NCBI GenBank assembly: GCA_036677065.1
Contig: JAKFBS010000008.1
Coordinates: 96,001-160,000, forward strand
Direction of reading: 5' to 3'
Length of the DNA: 64,000 bases
DNA from: Bdellovibrio sp.
GTDB lineage: Bacteria; Bdellovibrionota; Bdellovibrionia; Bdellovibrionales; Bdellovibrionaceae
The notes under the pieces: model-generated
The model's input: the letters and a program-made list of their open reading frames with translations, nothing else
Told to the model about the DNA's origin: nothing
Databases searched by the model: none
In this document: in pieces, positions 11,070 to 21,656 of the stretch
How the letters are laid out: each line of letters begins with the position of its first letter
How positions within the stretch are numbered: the first letter of the stretch is position 1
Translations under genes and position numbers: made by a program

Positions 11070-11194
11070 TTAAAATAAAATCTGAAAAAATAATTTCACT
11101 TTTTCATAAATGAAAATGTCTTACAAATGCCGTAACATAATAGTTGCGGTTTCTTCATATAAATAATTCAGTGTCCTTTTGACCTCATTAAGTT

Positions 11195-11210
11195 TGGCAG
11201 ACCCTTTGCT
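11195..11210 (+). promoter_or_regulatory. Putative sigma54 promoter
   Basis: TGGCAGACCCTTTGCT has GG-N10-GC spacing. Confidence 0.6.
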
Positions 11211-11288
11211 TTAGTGTTCTTCGTCGATGACATTTGTCGTCCAAAAACACTAACAATCGCGGGAGCGCGATTTCAAAAGGGGAATTAC

Positions 11289-11894
11289 ATGAACGCATTC
11301 AAATCATTGCTAGTATTATCAGCAATCCTTATGGCTACTGCATCTGCAGAGGCTTCAAGAATCAGCCTTGGCGAACCAGCTTACGGCGGTAACGGTTGTC
11401 CAGCTGGATCTGCTTCAATCACTGTAACTGGTGATGGTCAAACTATGTCAGTATTATTCGACAGTTTCGCAGCTGAAGCGGGTAACACTACAGGTCGCCG
11501 CGTAGACCGTAAATCTTGTAACTTACGCGTTCCAGTACGTGTTCCAAACGGATACTCTGTAGCATTAATTGGTGTTGATTACCGTGGCTTCAATGCGATT
11601 CCAGGTGCTGGCGCATACAATGATTTCCGTGCTGAATACTTCTACGCTGGTTCTCGTGGTCCAGTTTTCAACAAACGTTTTAAAGGTCCACAAGCTGATT
11701 CTTTCCAAATCACTAATAACTTAATCGCAACTAACTTAATTTGGTCTGCATGTTCTAAAGAAGTGATCTTCTCGATCAATGCTTCTGCGACATCTATGTC
11801 AAATTCAAGAATGGAACAAACTATGATGATCGTTGATTCTATCGACATCAGCGCTGGTATGTTATACCACTTCCAATTACGTCGTTGTAACTAA
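11289..11894 (+). CDS. DUF4360-family secreted protein
   Basis: AAGGGG RBS before ATG 11289; signal peptide; GNGCPAGS...LFDSF...RKSCNLRVPVRVPNGY...DYRGF pattern. Confidence 0.8.
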   Translation: MNAFKSLLVLSAILMATASAEASRISLGEPAYGGNGCPAGSASITVTGDGQTMSVLFDSFAAEAGNTTGRRVDRKSCNLRVPVRVPNGYSVALIGVDYRGFNAIPGAGAYNDFRAEYFYAGSRGPVFNKRFKGPQADSFQITNNLIATNLIWSACSKEVIFSINASATSMSNSRMEQTMMIVDSIDISAGMLYHFQLRRCN

Positions 11895-11931
11895 TTTGCC
11901 TCTGGCAGATTGAAGTTAAAACTTCTTAATG

Positions 11932-11962
11932 AAAAAGGTCAGTCTTCGGACTGGCCTTTTTT
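11932..11962. terminator. Bidirectional intrinsic terminator
   Basis: AAAAAGGTCAGTC-TTCG-GACTGGCCTTTTTT between convergent genes. Confidence 0.85.
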
Positions 11963-12543
11963 TATTTTCTGTTGATATATAGTCGAATAAAAAACATTTC
12001 AGCGATCATATAAACAATCATCGAAACAAAAAGACCGATACCTTTTAGATAAGCCCAGGCTTCAGTCGACCAATAGAAGGCGGCATATGTGGCAATAATC
12101 GCATGTGCTAAAAAGAAAAACGATAAACGTAACGTAATGCCACTCAGATTATTTTTTAACAGTGGTGGCATATGAGGATTTTGTTTTTCGGCCATAATTT
12201 GTAAGAACGGTTTTTTTAAAGCCCATGACCCCAATAAGAAACCAAACATTCCAAATTCCATCATGGCTGGTTGCAGTTTGAACCAGATGCCATCGTTAAA
12301 AAATAGTGAAATTGAACCTAATCCTAAAAGTAAACCGTTTCCGATCCAGGTGGTTGTACTTACTTTTTTATGGCGCACAAGTTCATAGATTATTTCGCCA
12401 CCACCTAAAACAAGGCCGGCGATAAGGCCATATTTTGGCCCGTACTTTTCTTCGATCACAGTATAAGCAATGACCGGAAGTAAACCACCAAAAAGCAATG
12501 AAAGAGCTTGCGCCTTCGGAGTTTGCTTAGACGTTGAAGTCAC
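11962..12543 (-). CDS. YciB/IspZ-family (intracellular septation protein A) membrane protein
   Basis: Multiple TM segments; LGSISLFFNDGIWFKLQPA...KKPFLQ...YWSTEAWAYLKG pattern. Confidence 0.75.
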   Translation of the reverse strand: MTSTSKQTPKAQALSLLFGGLLPVIAYTVIEEKYGPKYGLIAGLVLGGGEIIYELVRHKKVSTTTWIGNGLLLGLGSISLFFNDGIWFKLQPAMMEFGMFGFLLGSWALKKPFLQIMAEKQNPHMPPLLKNNLSGITLRLSFFFLAHAIIATYAAFYWSTEAWAYLKGIGLFVSMIVYMIAEMFFIRLYINRK

Positions 12544-13864
12544 AAGCTTTGCCTTGGCGTGGTTTTAATAAAGTTTGTTCTTCAACAACAACTTCACCAT
12601 TTAACAAAGCCATTACAGGCCAGCCGGTAAAAGACATGCCTTCAAACGGAGACCAACCAGTTTTAGAAGCAAGCCATTTTTTTTCTACGGTTTGAGTTCT
12701 GTTTAAATCCACAATCGTAAAATCAGCATCATAACCAACTTGAATACGGCCTTTATTTTTTAGATTAAAAACTTTGCGCGGATTTTCAGTCACAAGTTCT
12801 ACAAATTTTTTCAAAGGAAGTTTTTTCTGATGAACCTGATCTAACATCAGCGGTACTAAAGTTTGTACTCCCGGGACTCCTGACGGAGAACTTGGATACG
12901 GTTTTGCTTTTTCTTCTAATGTGTGGGGCGCATGATCTGACCCGATCACATCCACGGTTCCGTCTAATAAAGCTTTCCATAAAAATTCCATATGGCGTTT
13001 ATCGCGAATCGGCGGATTTTGCTGCCATAATGATCCTAAACGTTCGTAACATTCAGGGGCTGATAAGGTTAAATACTGTGGCAATATTTCAACTGTAGTA
13101 CAGCGTTTGTGTTCACGTAAAAAAGCCATTTCTTCGCTAGATGAAATATGCAAGATATGAATTAAGCGATTATATTTTTCAGCAAAGTGCACAGATTTTT
13201 TAGTAGCGATCAGCGCACTTTCTTCATCGCGCCAGATGTGATGCACATTTGCATTGGCTGCATCAATGGCAATTTGTTTGCGTTCTTTTAAGCGCGCTTC
13301 GTCTTCAGCGTGGATTACAAGGCGGCGTTTTCCGTTTTTAATAATTTTTTCGAACAATTCGTCTTGGTCAATTAAAAGATTTCCGAAAGAACTGCCTAAG
13401 AATATTTTAATACCTGAACAGTGCGGAAGATTTTCTAGTGCAGGCAACTGATCAACGTTTTCAGAACTGCCACCGATAAAAAAAGCGTAATTGGCTGAAG
13501 ATTTTTCGGCAGCGATTTTTAGTTTATCTTCAAACAATTCTTTAGTTGTTGTCGGGGGATTCGTGTTCGGCATTTCAAAGTAAGTTGTGACTCCACCTAA
13601 AATAGCGGCGCGCGATCCAGACTCGATATCTTCTTTATGTGTTAAGCCCGGTTCACGAAAATGCACCTGTGAATCGATGACTCCGGGTAATACCGTAAGA
13701 TGAGTGGCATCAATTGTTTTTTTAGCAGCCTGATTTGCCAATATTCCTAAGCTTGCGATTTTTCCATTTGTTACAGCGATGTCGGTACGCTCTTGAATCA
13801 TTTGGTTTTGTGTTTCAGAAAAAGTCACAATTTCTGCATTTTTAATAATAAGATCGTATGTCAT
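12527..13864 (-). CDS. pyrC: Dihydroorotase (amidohydrolase family)
   Basis: LPGVIDSQVHFREPG, GGVTTYFEMPNTNP, HAED, NPPIR, GSDHAPH motifs. Confidence 0.85.
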   Translation of the reverse strand: MTYDLIIKNAEIVTFSETQNQMIQERTDIAVTNGKIASLGILANQAAKKTIDATHLTVLPGVIDSQVHFREPGLTHKEDIESGSRAAILGGVTTYFEMPNTNPPTTTKELFEDKLKIAAEKSSANYAFFIGGSSENVDQLPALENLPHCSGIKIFLGSSFGNLLIDQDELFEKIIKNGKRRLVIHAEDEARLKERKQIAIDAANANVHHIWRDEESALIATKKSVHFAEKYNRLIHILHISSSEEMAFLREHKRCTTVEILPQYLTLSAPECYERLGSLWQQNPPIRDKRHMEFLWKALLDGTVDVIGSDHAPHTLEEKAKPYPSSPSGVPGVQTLVPLMLDQVHQKKLPLKKFVELVTENPRKVFNLKNKGRIQVGYDADFTIVDLNRTQTVEKKWLASKTGWSPFEGMSFTGWPVMALLNGEVVVEEQTLLKPRQGKACDFNV

Positions 13865-13978
13865 TAAATGGTTATAACACTAACCCTGGCTGTGGGTCTA
13901 GCTAGACCAGAGTCATATTTCAATCAAGTGATGATGGGCTTCATTGCAATCAGATTCGCCTTACTTGATGATATAAAT

Positions 13979-15034
13979 ATGGCCATTTTCTTAGACTGGT
14001 TTGCGTCGCATAATACACTGGTAATTCAGTCACTCGCTGCTGTTGTAGCGTTGCTGATCGTATTTCTTATTTTTCGTCTGTTGTTCGCTGCCGAAGCTGC
14101 GGCTGATGGCGTTAGCGCTAAAAACGTGACCTATGCCCAATTAGAAGAAAAATTAAATAAACTTTTAGAACAGCAATCGCAAATGAAGGTTTCTATTAAT
14201 GCCGCCACTGATGGCGCAGGTATGGGAGACGTCTTAGGCGAAGATGCCTTGGCGGCACTTTCGGGTGACCCGGCAACGGCAGCGGCCGCTGTGACCGACG
14301 GTGCTACAGCGGCGCCTGCGGGTGGAGCTGTAAGTAATGAACAGGCGGCCGAATTAAGCCGTTTGCGCGCGGAAATTTCAACTTTAAAAGATTCTTTAAA
14401 GCGCAAAGAAAATGAAATCATCGATGCAAAAGACCAAGCGCAAAAAAGTGTTAATACAGATCAACAAGACGCTAAACTTAATGATTTAAACGGCAAAATC
14501 ACTGATTACGAAAATGAAATCGATGCTCTTAAAAATCGTTTGTCTGATTACGAAATTATCGCAGAAGATATTGCTGATCTTCAACAGTACAAAAAAGAAA
14601 ATGTCGACCTTAGAAATCTATTAGCAAAACAACCTACGCAAACAGCACCAGTTGCGGCCGTTGAAGTGGTCGAAGAAGAAAAATCTGATTTAGATGATTT
14701 ATTACCTGAAGCAACAGAAGAAGTAGCGGTAGCACCTGCTGAAGTGCCCGAAGAGACGGTAGCAGAACAACCTGCAGCAGCAGCAGAAGAAGAAGTCGTT
14801 GCGGCAACTCCAGTTGAAGAGCCACATGTTCCAAATGATATCTTTGCTGCGGCAAATGAAATGATGAATGAAAGTGTAGCGGATTCAGTCGTAGAAGATG
14901 AAACAATGCCAGAAGCAACTGCGACAGGAGACCTAGATAATGACGAGGCCCGTGAAGTTTCTAAAGATGTAAAAAAAGAAGAAAAGATTTTATTAGACGA
15001 ATTTGAAAAACATTTCGCAAAGGATGATGATTAG
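13979..15034 (+). CDS. Membrane-anchored coiled-coil protein with acidic C-terminal region
   Basis: One N-terminal TM segment, long heptad region, E/A/V-rich tail. Start moved from 13868 to ATG 13979 (inferred). Confidence 0.7.
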   Translation: MAIFLDWFASHNTLVIQSLAAVVALLIVFLIFRLLFAAEAAADGVSAKNVTYAQLEEKLNKLLEQQSQMKVSINAATDGAGMGDVLGEDALAALSGDPATAAAAVTDGATAAPAGGAVSNEQAAELSRLRAEISTLKDSLKRKENEIIDAKDQAQKSVNTDQQDAKLNDLNGKITDYENEIDALKNRLSDYEIIAEDIADLQQYKKENVDLRNLLAKQPTQTAPVAAVEVVEEEKSDLDDLLPEATEEVAVAPAEVPEETVAEQPAAAAEEEVVAATPVEEPHVPNDIFAAANEMMNESVADSVVEDETMPEATATGDLDNDEAREVSKDVKKEEKILLDEFEKHFAKDDD

Positions 15035-15035
15035 T

Positions 15036-15665
15036 ATGAAAGCATTAAGTATTTTAGTGTTTCTTTTTTCTGTGAATGTTTGGTCTTATGTGCAAAACGA
15101 AAACGAACAAAATTTTTCAACTCAGATTGCCCGCGCAAAAAATCAAGCATTACCTATGGCTCAACGTTGGGACGCCCTGATCAAATCGGCAGAGGCCGCA
15201 GATGGCAAACAAATCCAGCAAGTTCTTGAATTTGCTAAAAGCAAAGACTGGTACATGCGTAATGCTTTGCTAGTTGCCTTAGATAAAATGGGAACTGATT
15301 TAGTTTATGATAAAGCGAAAGTCTTAGTGTCAGACAAGGCCTTAGTTGTGCGTTCGGCAGCGGTTGATATTTTAACCCGCTTAGAAAGCCAGGAAGTTCG
15401 TGATCTTTTAGCTAAAGAACTAAATCGCAATTACAACTTTGTCGGTAAAAAAAGTTTATGGATTCGCGCTCAGATTATGAAAAACTTAGTAAAAAAGCCT
15501 TATCAATCTGAAAGAGAATACTTTGCAAAATTATTATTTGATAATGATCCTGAAATTTCTTTAATGAGCATGCAAGCTTTAGAAAAAATTTCCCAAGTGC
15601 ACTTCGATGGTGAAAACGCCCTCGGTTCATGGAAAAAATTCGTCAAAGACCAAAAGTGGTTCTAA
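15036..15665 (+). CDS. Exported HEAT-repeat protein
   Basis: Signal peptide; DWYMRNA, DKALVVRSAAV and DNDPEI HEAT-like units. Confidence 0.7.
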   Translation: MKALSILVFLFSVNVWSYVQNENEQNFSTQIARAKNQALPMAQRWDALIKSAEAADGKQIQQVLEFAKSKDWYMRNALLVALDKMGTDLVYDKAKVLVSDKALVVRSAAVDILTRLESQEVRDLLAKELNRNYNFVGKKSLWIRAQIMKNLVKKPYQSEREYFAKLLFDNDPEISLMSMQALEKISQVHFDGENALGSWKKFVKDQKWF

Positions 15666-15690
15666 ACACCGCTGACAAATTATAAAACGT

Positions 15691-15719
15691 AAAAAGCAGC
15701 TATAAAGCTGCTTTTTTTT
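15691..15719. terminator. Intrinsic terminator
   Basis: AAAAAGCAGCT-ATAA-AGCTGCTTTTTTTT. Confidence 0.8.
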
Positions 15720-15742
15720 ATTTCAGAATCAGTTTTAATTAT

Positions 15743-15809
15743 GCTTGTTTTTCGACGCTCAGGGTTTGGGTTTACATTGTAAACCGAAATACAGAGCGAG
15801 AAAAAAGGC
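15743..15809. repeat. Palindromic REP-like element, copy 1
   Basis: Aligns without gaps to the reverse complement of 32634-32691; hairpin centred on ACATTGT. Confidence 0.75.
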
Positions 15810-15820
15810 TGTAAGAATCT

Positions 15821-16270
15821 TTATCTCCAGCAAGCAACTTTTAGAATAGGATTGGATTTTGTTATCTTTCTAACTATAGCAACTGAGTTCTTGTTACTAA
15901 CAGGCATTTCTTTTCCAAATATGTCATATCTATTTTTTTCTAACTCATTATAGAACTCATCGTAACCAGTTTCGTCGCAACCCATTCGCATCGCAAAAAC
16001 CTTTACAGCAGCCTTCTTTTGACTGTCGTCTAAATCTTCTATTACACGGTCCCTAATGTGATCTAATTCCCATCCGATCTCGACTCTTAATGGTTCAATC
16101 GAAGTGCAAGGGCTTAGTTGAAAAAGATTTCCCGAAATTTGGTATGCAAAAGGAAGGGGGTAGGTAGCTGATGGTGTCATTCTACAAGCGGCAGGATTGC
16201 TTGCAAAGCTAGCGCAACCTAATTGTAGAAGAATAACTAAAGCTACAATCAGTATTGCGGTGAATTTCAT
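15821..16270 (-). CDS. Hypothetical lipoprotein
   Basis: Hydrophobic N-terminus ending QLGC; several Cys. Confidence 0.65.
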   Translation of the reverse strand: MKFTAILIVALVILLQLGCASFASNPAACRMTPSATYPLPFAYQISGNLFQLSPCTSIEPLRVEIGWELDHIRDRVIEDLDDSQKKAAVKVFAMRMGCDETGYDEFYNELEKNRYDIFGKEMPVSNKNSVAIVRKITKSNPILKVACWR

Positions 16271-16275
16271 AAATC

Positions 16276-16791
16276 CTAGTTTGGATTCTCAGACGCTTTT
16301 CTTAAAGCTTTAGCGATAATTAATTCGCGCTCGATCCGGTAGAAAATAGTTTTCTCTTCAAAACCATCGCTCGGAACAGTTTTTACTTCTGAAATAAAGT
16401 CTTTAAAAACTTCGATTTTCTTTTCAATCGTGAGGCGCACGGTTTCTTGGGCTTCGCCTTTTTTACCGCGGGCAAAACTTAGAACTAATTTATAACGTGA
16501 ACTTGGAAACTGCGGTCTTGTGCGAAACGGGGGGAGCCAGCCATCAACAGCTTTGATGTAGTCTGTTTCAATGACCCCGAAATCCTGATTTTCCGCGGCA
16601 ATCGTGTATTTAAGAACAGAATGCGCGGCTTTCCAAACTTCGTCGTAGGGAGCAAAATAGATTTTTTGTTGAGAAGAGCGTTCGATGATCGCATCTGTAG
16701 TTTCAGGCTGCAGAACTTGTGATCCGCAACCAGAAAATAGGCCTGTAAGTAATAATCCGATAACAATAAAACTTAAAAACTTCATACCCAT
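16276..16791 (-). CDS. Lipoprotein, possibly with a BamC-like helix-grip domain
   Basis: Lipobox FSGC; YDEVWKAA...GVIETDY pattern. The fold assignment is inferred. Confidence 0.6.
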   Translation of the reverse strand: MGMKFLSFIVIGLLLTGLFSGCGSQVLQPETTDAIIERSSQQKIYFAPYDEVWKAAHSVLKYTIAAENQDFGVIETDYIKAVDGWLPPFRTRPQFPSSRYKLVLSFARGKKGEAQETVRLTIEKKIEVFKDFISEVKTVPSDGFEEKTIFYRIERELIIAKALRKASENPN

Positions 16792-16807
16792 AAGTATAAA
16801 CTAAACA

Positions 16808-18340
16808 TTACAAATCGGCAGCACCTTTAGTCACGTGCGTAGCAGCTTTGACTAAATCATCACCTAAGTCTGTTTGTTTTGAAGTCTGACTGCCAATTAA
16901 ATTTACTTCAAATTTACGTTTCACGGCGACAGTGTCTTCAGAGTCTTCTAAAGGCCAAACCGGTAAATTGATTTCGTCTGGCCAGCCTGTGCCGATCACT
17001 TCCCATTTGCGGTCAAGGATTTCAACTTGCAGCTGTCCATCCTGAACCATATTCATATTTGAAATTGCAACAGATACCGCTAATTCGTTAACAGCCTGGG
17101 CATCTAAAGTTTTATTTGAAGATTGCGGAATCGTGATTTTGTAAGCGCCATCAACATCAGTCACTATCGGCCCCGCAGGTAATAGTGGAAGTAAGCTTGA
17201 TTGCATTCCAGCTTTATAAGCAACCATCGAAGCGCTTGAACGGTTTGCTGCATCCTGAGTTGCAGAATCAAAGTCAGTCGCTTTTTTTAATAAACTCACG
17301 ATATAAGTCGGTTTACCGGCGATCGTTTTTAGCGTCGCTGCTTGATTTGCTTCTAAACGTTTTACATCTGAAGGAACAAATCTTCCGCCAGATAAATCAT
17401 TTAATGATAATAACATCACGACTTCGTCAGGAAGAATTGATGCACCTTTAACGTTAGCTTGCACGCCGTCGAATTTAATTTCTCCGCTCGGTATATTTAA
17501 GGCTGTCGCTGGCCCGGCCACAGTCACTTCGCGAATACTGCCATTCGTGAACTGAAACGAATTCAACACTTCATAAAATTGTTTGTCTTCATTTAACTGT
17601 TCCATGACTTCTTTAAACGGAAATTTTCCTGAAAAAGCATAGAAAGTTTTTTGCCCGTAGGTGTTCGCATACACACGGTGTTCGGGTTTAGATAATGTTA
17701 AAGAAATTAAAAAATTATATTTTTCTTTTTGTGTAGGCAGCGAAACATTACTTGGTAACTGAGCTTTTTTGCCAAAGATGATATCGATTTCATCGTCAAA
17801 TGGGCTTACGATTGAATCTAAATCAAAACTCATCAAATCACCTTTAGTGATGGTTGGAATCACCAAAGAAAAATCCATCATTTTATCGCCGTCTTTAACC
17901 GGCAAACCAGTGACTTGGCCTTTAATCACCGGGCGCGTCGTCATGTAAGCTGGATTTAACTTAATTTGAAAAACACCGGGTTTTTGATTTAATAAAGTTT
18001 GGCGAATGTAACCTTGCGCATTCACAGTAACATGAGTGGTCTGAGTCCAATCAGCTAAAGAAACAAAACCATTTTTATCTGTGATTTTTAAATTATCTTT
18101 AAAGGGGTTGCCAACGGCCTTACCAATTAACACTTGCGCATTAGCTACCGGTTGATTGGCTTGATTAAAAACTTGAATCGTCGGCGTTGATGCCGGCGTC
18201 ACTAAATTAAACCTACGTGAAATCTTAAAATCTGCAGCACTATGAAGTGCCTGTGAATTATCTTGGTTATCAGCGCAACCGATAAAAGAAAATGTAACTA
18301 GAGTAGAAAGCAAAGCAGTAACAAATAAGCCGTGTTTCAT
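16808..18340 (-). CDS. Hypothetical lipoprotein with an N-terminal carboxypeptidase-regulatory-like beta-sandwich
   Basis: AAAGG RBS before ATG 18340; lipobox FIGC; QPVANAQVLI...TDKNGFV...VNAQGY pattern. Confidence 0.7.
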   Translation of the reverse strand: MKHGLFVTALLSTLVTFSFIGCADNQDNSQALHSAADFKISRRFNLVTPASTPTIQVFNQANQPVANAQVLIGKAVGNPFKDNLKITDKNGFVSLADWTQTTHVTVNAQGYIRQTLLNQKPGVFQIKLNPAYMTTRPVIKGQVTGLPVKDGDKMMDFSLVIPTITKGDLMSFDLDSIVSPFDDEIDIIFGKKAQLPSNVSLPTQKEKYNFLISLTLSKPEHRVYANTYGQKTFYAFSGKFPFKEVMEQLNEDKQFYEVLNSFQFTNGSIREVTVAGPATALNIPSGEIKFDGVQANVKGASILPDEVVMLLSLNDLSGGRFVPSDVKRLEANQAATLKTIAGKPTYIVSLLKKATDFDSATQDAANRSSASMVAYKAGMQSSLLPLLPAGPIVTDVDGAYKITIPQSSNKTLDAQAVNELAVSVAISNMNMVQDGQLQVEILDRKWEVIGTGWPDEINLPVWPLEDSEDTVAVKRKFEVNLIGSQTSKQTDLGDDLVKAATHVTKGAADL

Positions 18341-18477
18341 AAAAACCTTTCTTGGTTTGTTTAGCACATGCTTATTGCAGCCAATACCAAGAGGTTGGTC
18401 AAGTGATTGCGTAATCTTGCACAGCGAAACACTCACTGGGCGAGGCAAATTTGGAGCGTAATTTTAATTATCTAAAA

Positions 18478-19377
18478 TTATCTTGCAACGAATTCTGAGT
18501 ACACGGTCATACGCGCTTTGCGGGCATGACTTAACAGGCGGTCTATCGTTGTCTGTTCACGACGGGCGATATGACGGTTAAGACTGGCTTGGTACACCAC
18601 TAATTGTTCGCCAATACGCTCTACGATCGCGATATGGCCTGGTTGTGGCGCCGAGCGCTCCCATTGGATAATAAACGGCGTACGCTGAGGATAAGACCAA
18701 ATATGGCGTTTTAAACGAGCACGCTCAGATTCAAGATTACTTGTATTAAAAATTTCATTTTTGTAACTTGAAAAATTTTTGCGCGCATAAATATCAAAAT
18801 CATTCGCGCGAAAGCTATCTTTACTAAAACCAGTTAAAACTAAAACACGCGAAACATAAAAGTTGCACGGAGTTCCGATTTTACGAGCTTCATTTTGCAC
18901 GACCCAAAAAGCCGCTTTAATAAAAAGCGAAGCTTCGCCAACACCGGCAGCGACTGGCGATTTTGGATCTTGTTTAGCCGGCGTTGTTGGCTTAGGAGCC
19001 GGTTTAACAATGATCGGCTCGGGTACATCAGGAATATCATTAACAACTGGTTCATCTGGCGCAGGCACGGGCAGCGCTGGTGTAACCAGTTCAGGTTCAA
19101 TTGGTGGCGGTGGTTCTTCGCCTTCGCGTGATCTGCGTGGAGCTTTTGGTGTATCTAAATCAACGATAATTTTATCATCATCAACCTGATCAATCGCTTC
19201 ATCAGGAATTGGATCTTCTGGATTCTCCATTTGAATGGGAACCAAATTGATATCGCTTCTATTGTTATCATAAAATGATTTACGGTTTTCACAACCAAAC
19301 ACTAAAGTAGCCGCTAGAATATGTACCGTAAGGTATATAACGACTGTTAAATTAGATCTTCTTTTTAGTGTAAACAT
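18478..19377 (-). CDS. Lipoprotein with Pro-rich linker and CHAP/NlpC-P60-like C-terminal domain
   Basis: Lipobox VFGC; PCNFYVS (Cys) and PGHIAIVE (His) motifs. Confidence 0.65.
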   Translation of the reverse strand: MFTLKRRSNLTVVIYLTVHILAATLVFGCENRKSFYDNNRSDINLVPIQMENPEDPIPDEAIDQVDDDKIIVDLDTPKAPRRSREGEEPPPPIEPELVTPALPVPAPDEPVVNDIPDVPEPIIVKPAPKPTTPAKQDPKSPVAAGVGEASLFIKAAFWVVQNEARKIGTPCNFYVSRVLVLTGFSKDSFRANDFDIYARKNFSSYKNEIFNTSNLESERARLKRHIWSYPQRTPFIIQWERSAPQPGHIAIVERIGEQLVVYQASLNRHIARREQTTIDRLLSHARKARMTVYSEFVAR

Positions 19378-19548
19378 ATATTATGCCCCCGCATATGAAG
19401 GCCTAAAATAACAAACTTTCGGGGTTCTCACAGAGGTAAAATGCGTTCAGAGTAAAACATTCTGAACTGTAACGAATATTGACACCACAATGTGCGTTAA
19501 TCGCGTATATGCGCTATGAGATCAAAATAGCTAGCTAGCTGGCGGCGC

Positions 19549-21399
19549 CTAGCTTTTGACTTTAGCTTCTAATTCTTGCCAACGCGAATACATCTTAGCG
19601 ATTTCGGCTTCTAGAGAAGCTGACATCGAACTTAGTTCTTGAAGCTTTACGTGATTCACCTGATTTTCAGACTTATCAAGATCTGCTTGCACCTTAGTTA
19701 ATTCAGCTTCTTTGACGGCGATGTTTTTTTCGATATTTTCGTATTCAGTTGTTTCTTTATTAGAAAGCTTTTTATTCGAAGAACCCGATTTAGCCGGAGC
19801 ATTTGCAGCGGCTTTAGCGGCAGCTTCGGCAGCAGCGATACCTGCTTTTTTGGCTTCGATACCTTCGTTGCGGTACCAAGATTCCCACTGGTAATAATCT
19901 GCAAATTTAATAATTTCGCCTTTAGGATTTTCAGTAAAGGCCCAAAGCTCAGTTGTATTTTGATCTAAGAAAAAGCGATCATGCGATACTAGAATCAATG
20001 CGCCCGGAAAGTCATTTAAACATTCTGAAAGCGTATCAAGTGTTTCAACGTCTAAGTCATTGGTTGGCTCATCCAGAATTAAAACATGTGCTGAAGTTAA
20101 CATAAGTTTCGCTAGTAACAGGCGGCTTTGTTCTCCGCCTGAAAGTTTTGAAACCGGCATGTCCATTTGAAAATTATTAAAATGAAAGCGGCTTAAGTAA
20201 CTGCGCGCATACACAGGGTTTCCTTGAAGATGCACATAATCACCTTCAGGAGCCACGATTTTAATAACCGGAACATTTTGATTAAGTGTTTCTTTGCCTT
20301 GTTCGAAGTAATTAATCTGAATATCAGGATTTACAAAAACTTCGCCACTTGTGGGTTGTTCCAAACCTAACATCATTTTAATTAGGGTAGACTTTCCGCA
20401 ACCGTTCGTGCCAAGTAAACCGATACGCGCTTTCGGGCGAACCATTCCTGATAAATCAGAGAATAGTGTTCTTGGGCCAAAACTTTTACTGGCCTTAGTT
20501 AATTCAACTAATTTCTTCGGTGAATTACCAGTTGTCGAAAAATCGAAATCAGATTTGCGTAAAGTATTTTTATTTTCTAACTTATCAACAGAATCAATTA
20601 ATTCATGGGCGCGATTTTGACGAGCTTGTTGTTTTTTTAAACGTGCCTGAGGGCCACGGGCTAACCAGGCTTTTTCGATCAACATCGTATTACGAGTTTT
20701 TTCTTCTAAGCGGCGTTGGCTATCCATGATCATTTGTTTTGTTTCTAGATACTGGCCGTAATCACCGATAGACTTGATAAGCCCGTCTGGATTGCGCGGA
20801 TCTAAATCGTAAATCGCGGTACACGTGTTTTGTAAAAACGCACGGTCATGGGTTACGATAAAAAATGAAATTTGATTTTGAGTTGCGATAAAATCTTCAA
20901 GCCATAAAATACTTTGAATGTCTAAGTGATTTGTCGGCTCATCTAATAGAAGCAGGGTCGGTTGTTTCATTAATTCGCGCGCTAAAGCCACGCGTTTTTG
21001 CCAACCACCAGATAATTTACCGACATCTGTGTTTTCAGCTTCAGCAGTTTCATCTAATGAAAGACGCTTAATTAATTCAAACGCTAAACTGATATTGATT
21101 CCATCATAAGGATCATCAGTTACTTCAACTAAAGTTTCATAAATTGATTTACCAGCTTCTAAAACTGGTTTTTGTTCTAAGTACCCTAAGCGTAAACTAT
21201 TCGACGTCGATAATTGGCCAGAATCTGGCTTCATAGCTCCACTGAGAATTTTTAAGAGAGTCGATTTACCTGCGCCGTTGGGGCCTACTAGTCCGATTTT
21301 TTGTTCGGTATCAATTGCAAAAGAAATTGATTTGAAGAGTTCTTTAGAAGCGAAAGACTTTGATAATTGGAATGCTGATATTAATGTTGCCACAATCAA
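19549..21399 (-). CDS. uup: ABC-F family ATP-binding protein (Uup-like)
   Basis: Two ABC cassettes (GPNGAGKST/LSGGW/LLLDEPTNHLD; GTNGCGKST/LSGGE/ILDEPTNDLD), EKAWLARGPQAR linker and C-terminal coiled coil ending YSRWQELE. Confidence 0.88.
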   Translation of the reverse strand: MIVATLISAFQLSKSFASKELFKSISFAIDTEQKIGLVGPNGAGKSTLLKILSGAMKPDSGQLSTSNSLRLGYLEQKPVLEAGKSIYETLVEVTDDPYDGINISLAFELIKRLSLDETAEAENTDVGKLSGGWQKRVALARELMKQPTLLLLDEPTNHLDIQSILWLEDFIATQNQISFFIVTHDRAFLQNTCTAIYDLDPRNPDGLIKSIGDYGQYLETKQMIMDSQRRLEEKTRNTMLIEKAWLARGPQARLKKQQARQNRAHELIDSVDKLENKNTLRKSDFDFSTTGNSPKKLVELTKASKSFGPRTLFSDLSGMVRPKARIGLLGTNGCGKSTLIKMMLGLEQPTSGEVFVNPDIQINYFEQGKETLNQNVPVIKIVAPEGDYVHLQGNPVYARSYLSRFHFNNFQMDMPVSKLSGGEQSRLLLAKLMLTSAHVLILDEPTNDLDVETLDTLSECLNDFPGALILVSHDRFFLDQNTTELWAFTENPKGEIIKFADYYQWESWYRNEGIEAKKAGIAAAEAAAKAAANAPAKSGSSNKKLSNKETTEYENIEKNIAVKEAELTKVQADLDKSENQVNHVKLQELSSMSASLEAEIAKMYSRWQELEAKVKS

Positions 21400-21656
21400 A
21401 AAAGTTTATCAGTAAACGCTAGAGCTAGCATGCAAATAATCTGTTCAACAAATTATAGTTAAAACTAGACCTTAAAAATCTCCTTTCCAGTGCAGAATCT
21501 TACATATGCTGCAGAATTAAACATAAATTTTTTAATGAAATTAAAAAAAATGACATGTTGGGATTTCTTTAAACCAATTCCCAATCATTACAAAAATCGT
21601 ATGGCCTAATAATTTTCATCTATTTAAGTAAGTTTCAGAAATACAAGGAGGGCTGT

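Noticed and set aside
15743..15809. CRISPR repeat or tRNA
   Set aside because: Only two dispersed copies, no spacer array or cas genes, and no cloverleaf or T-loop.
19378..19548. Riboswitch or ncRNA in the intergenic region
   Set aside because: Only a short inverted repeat (GTTCAGA...TCTGAAC); no recognisable aptamer consensus.
21602..21618. Sigma54 promoter upstream of the response regulator
   Set aside because: TGGC is present but there is no GC 12 nt downstream.
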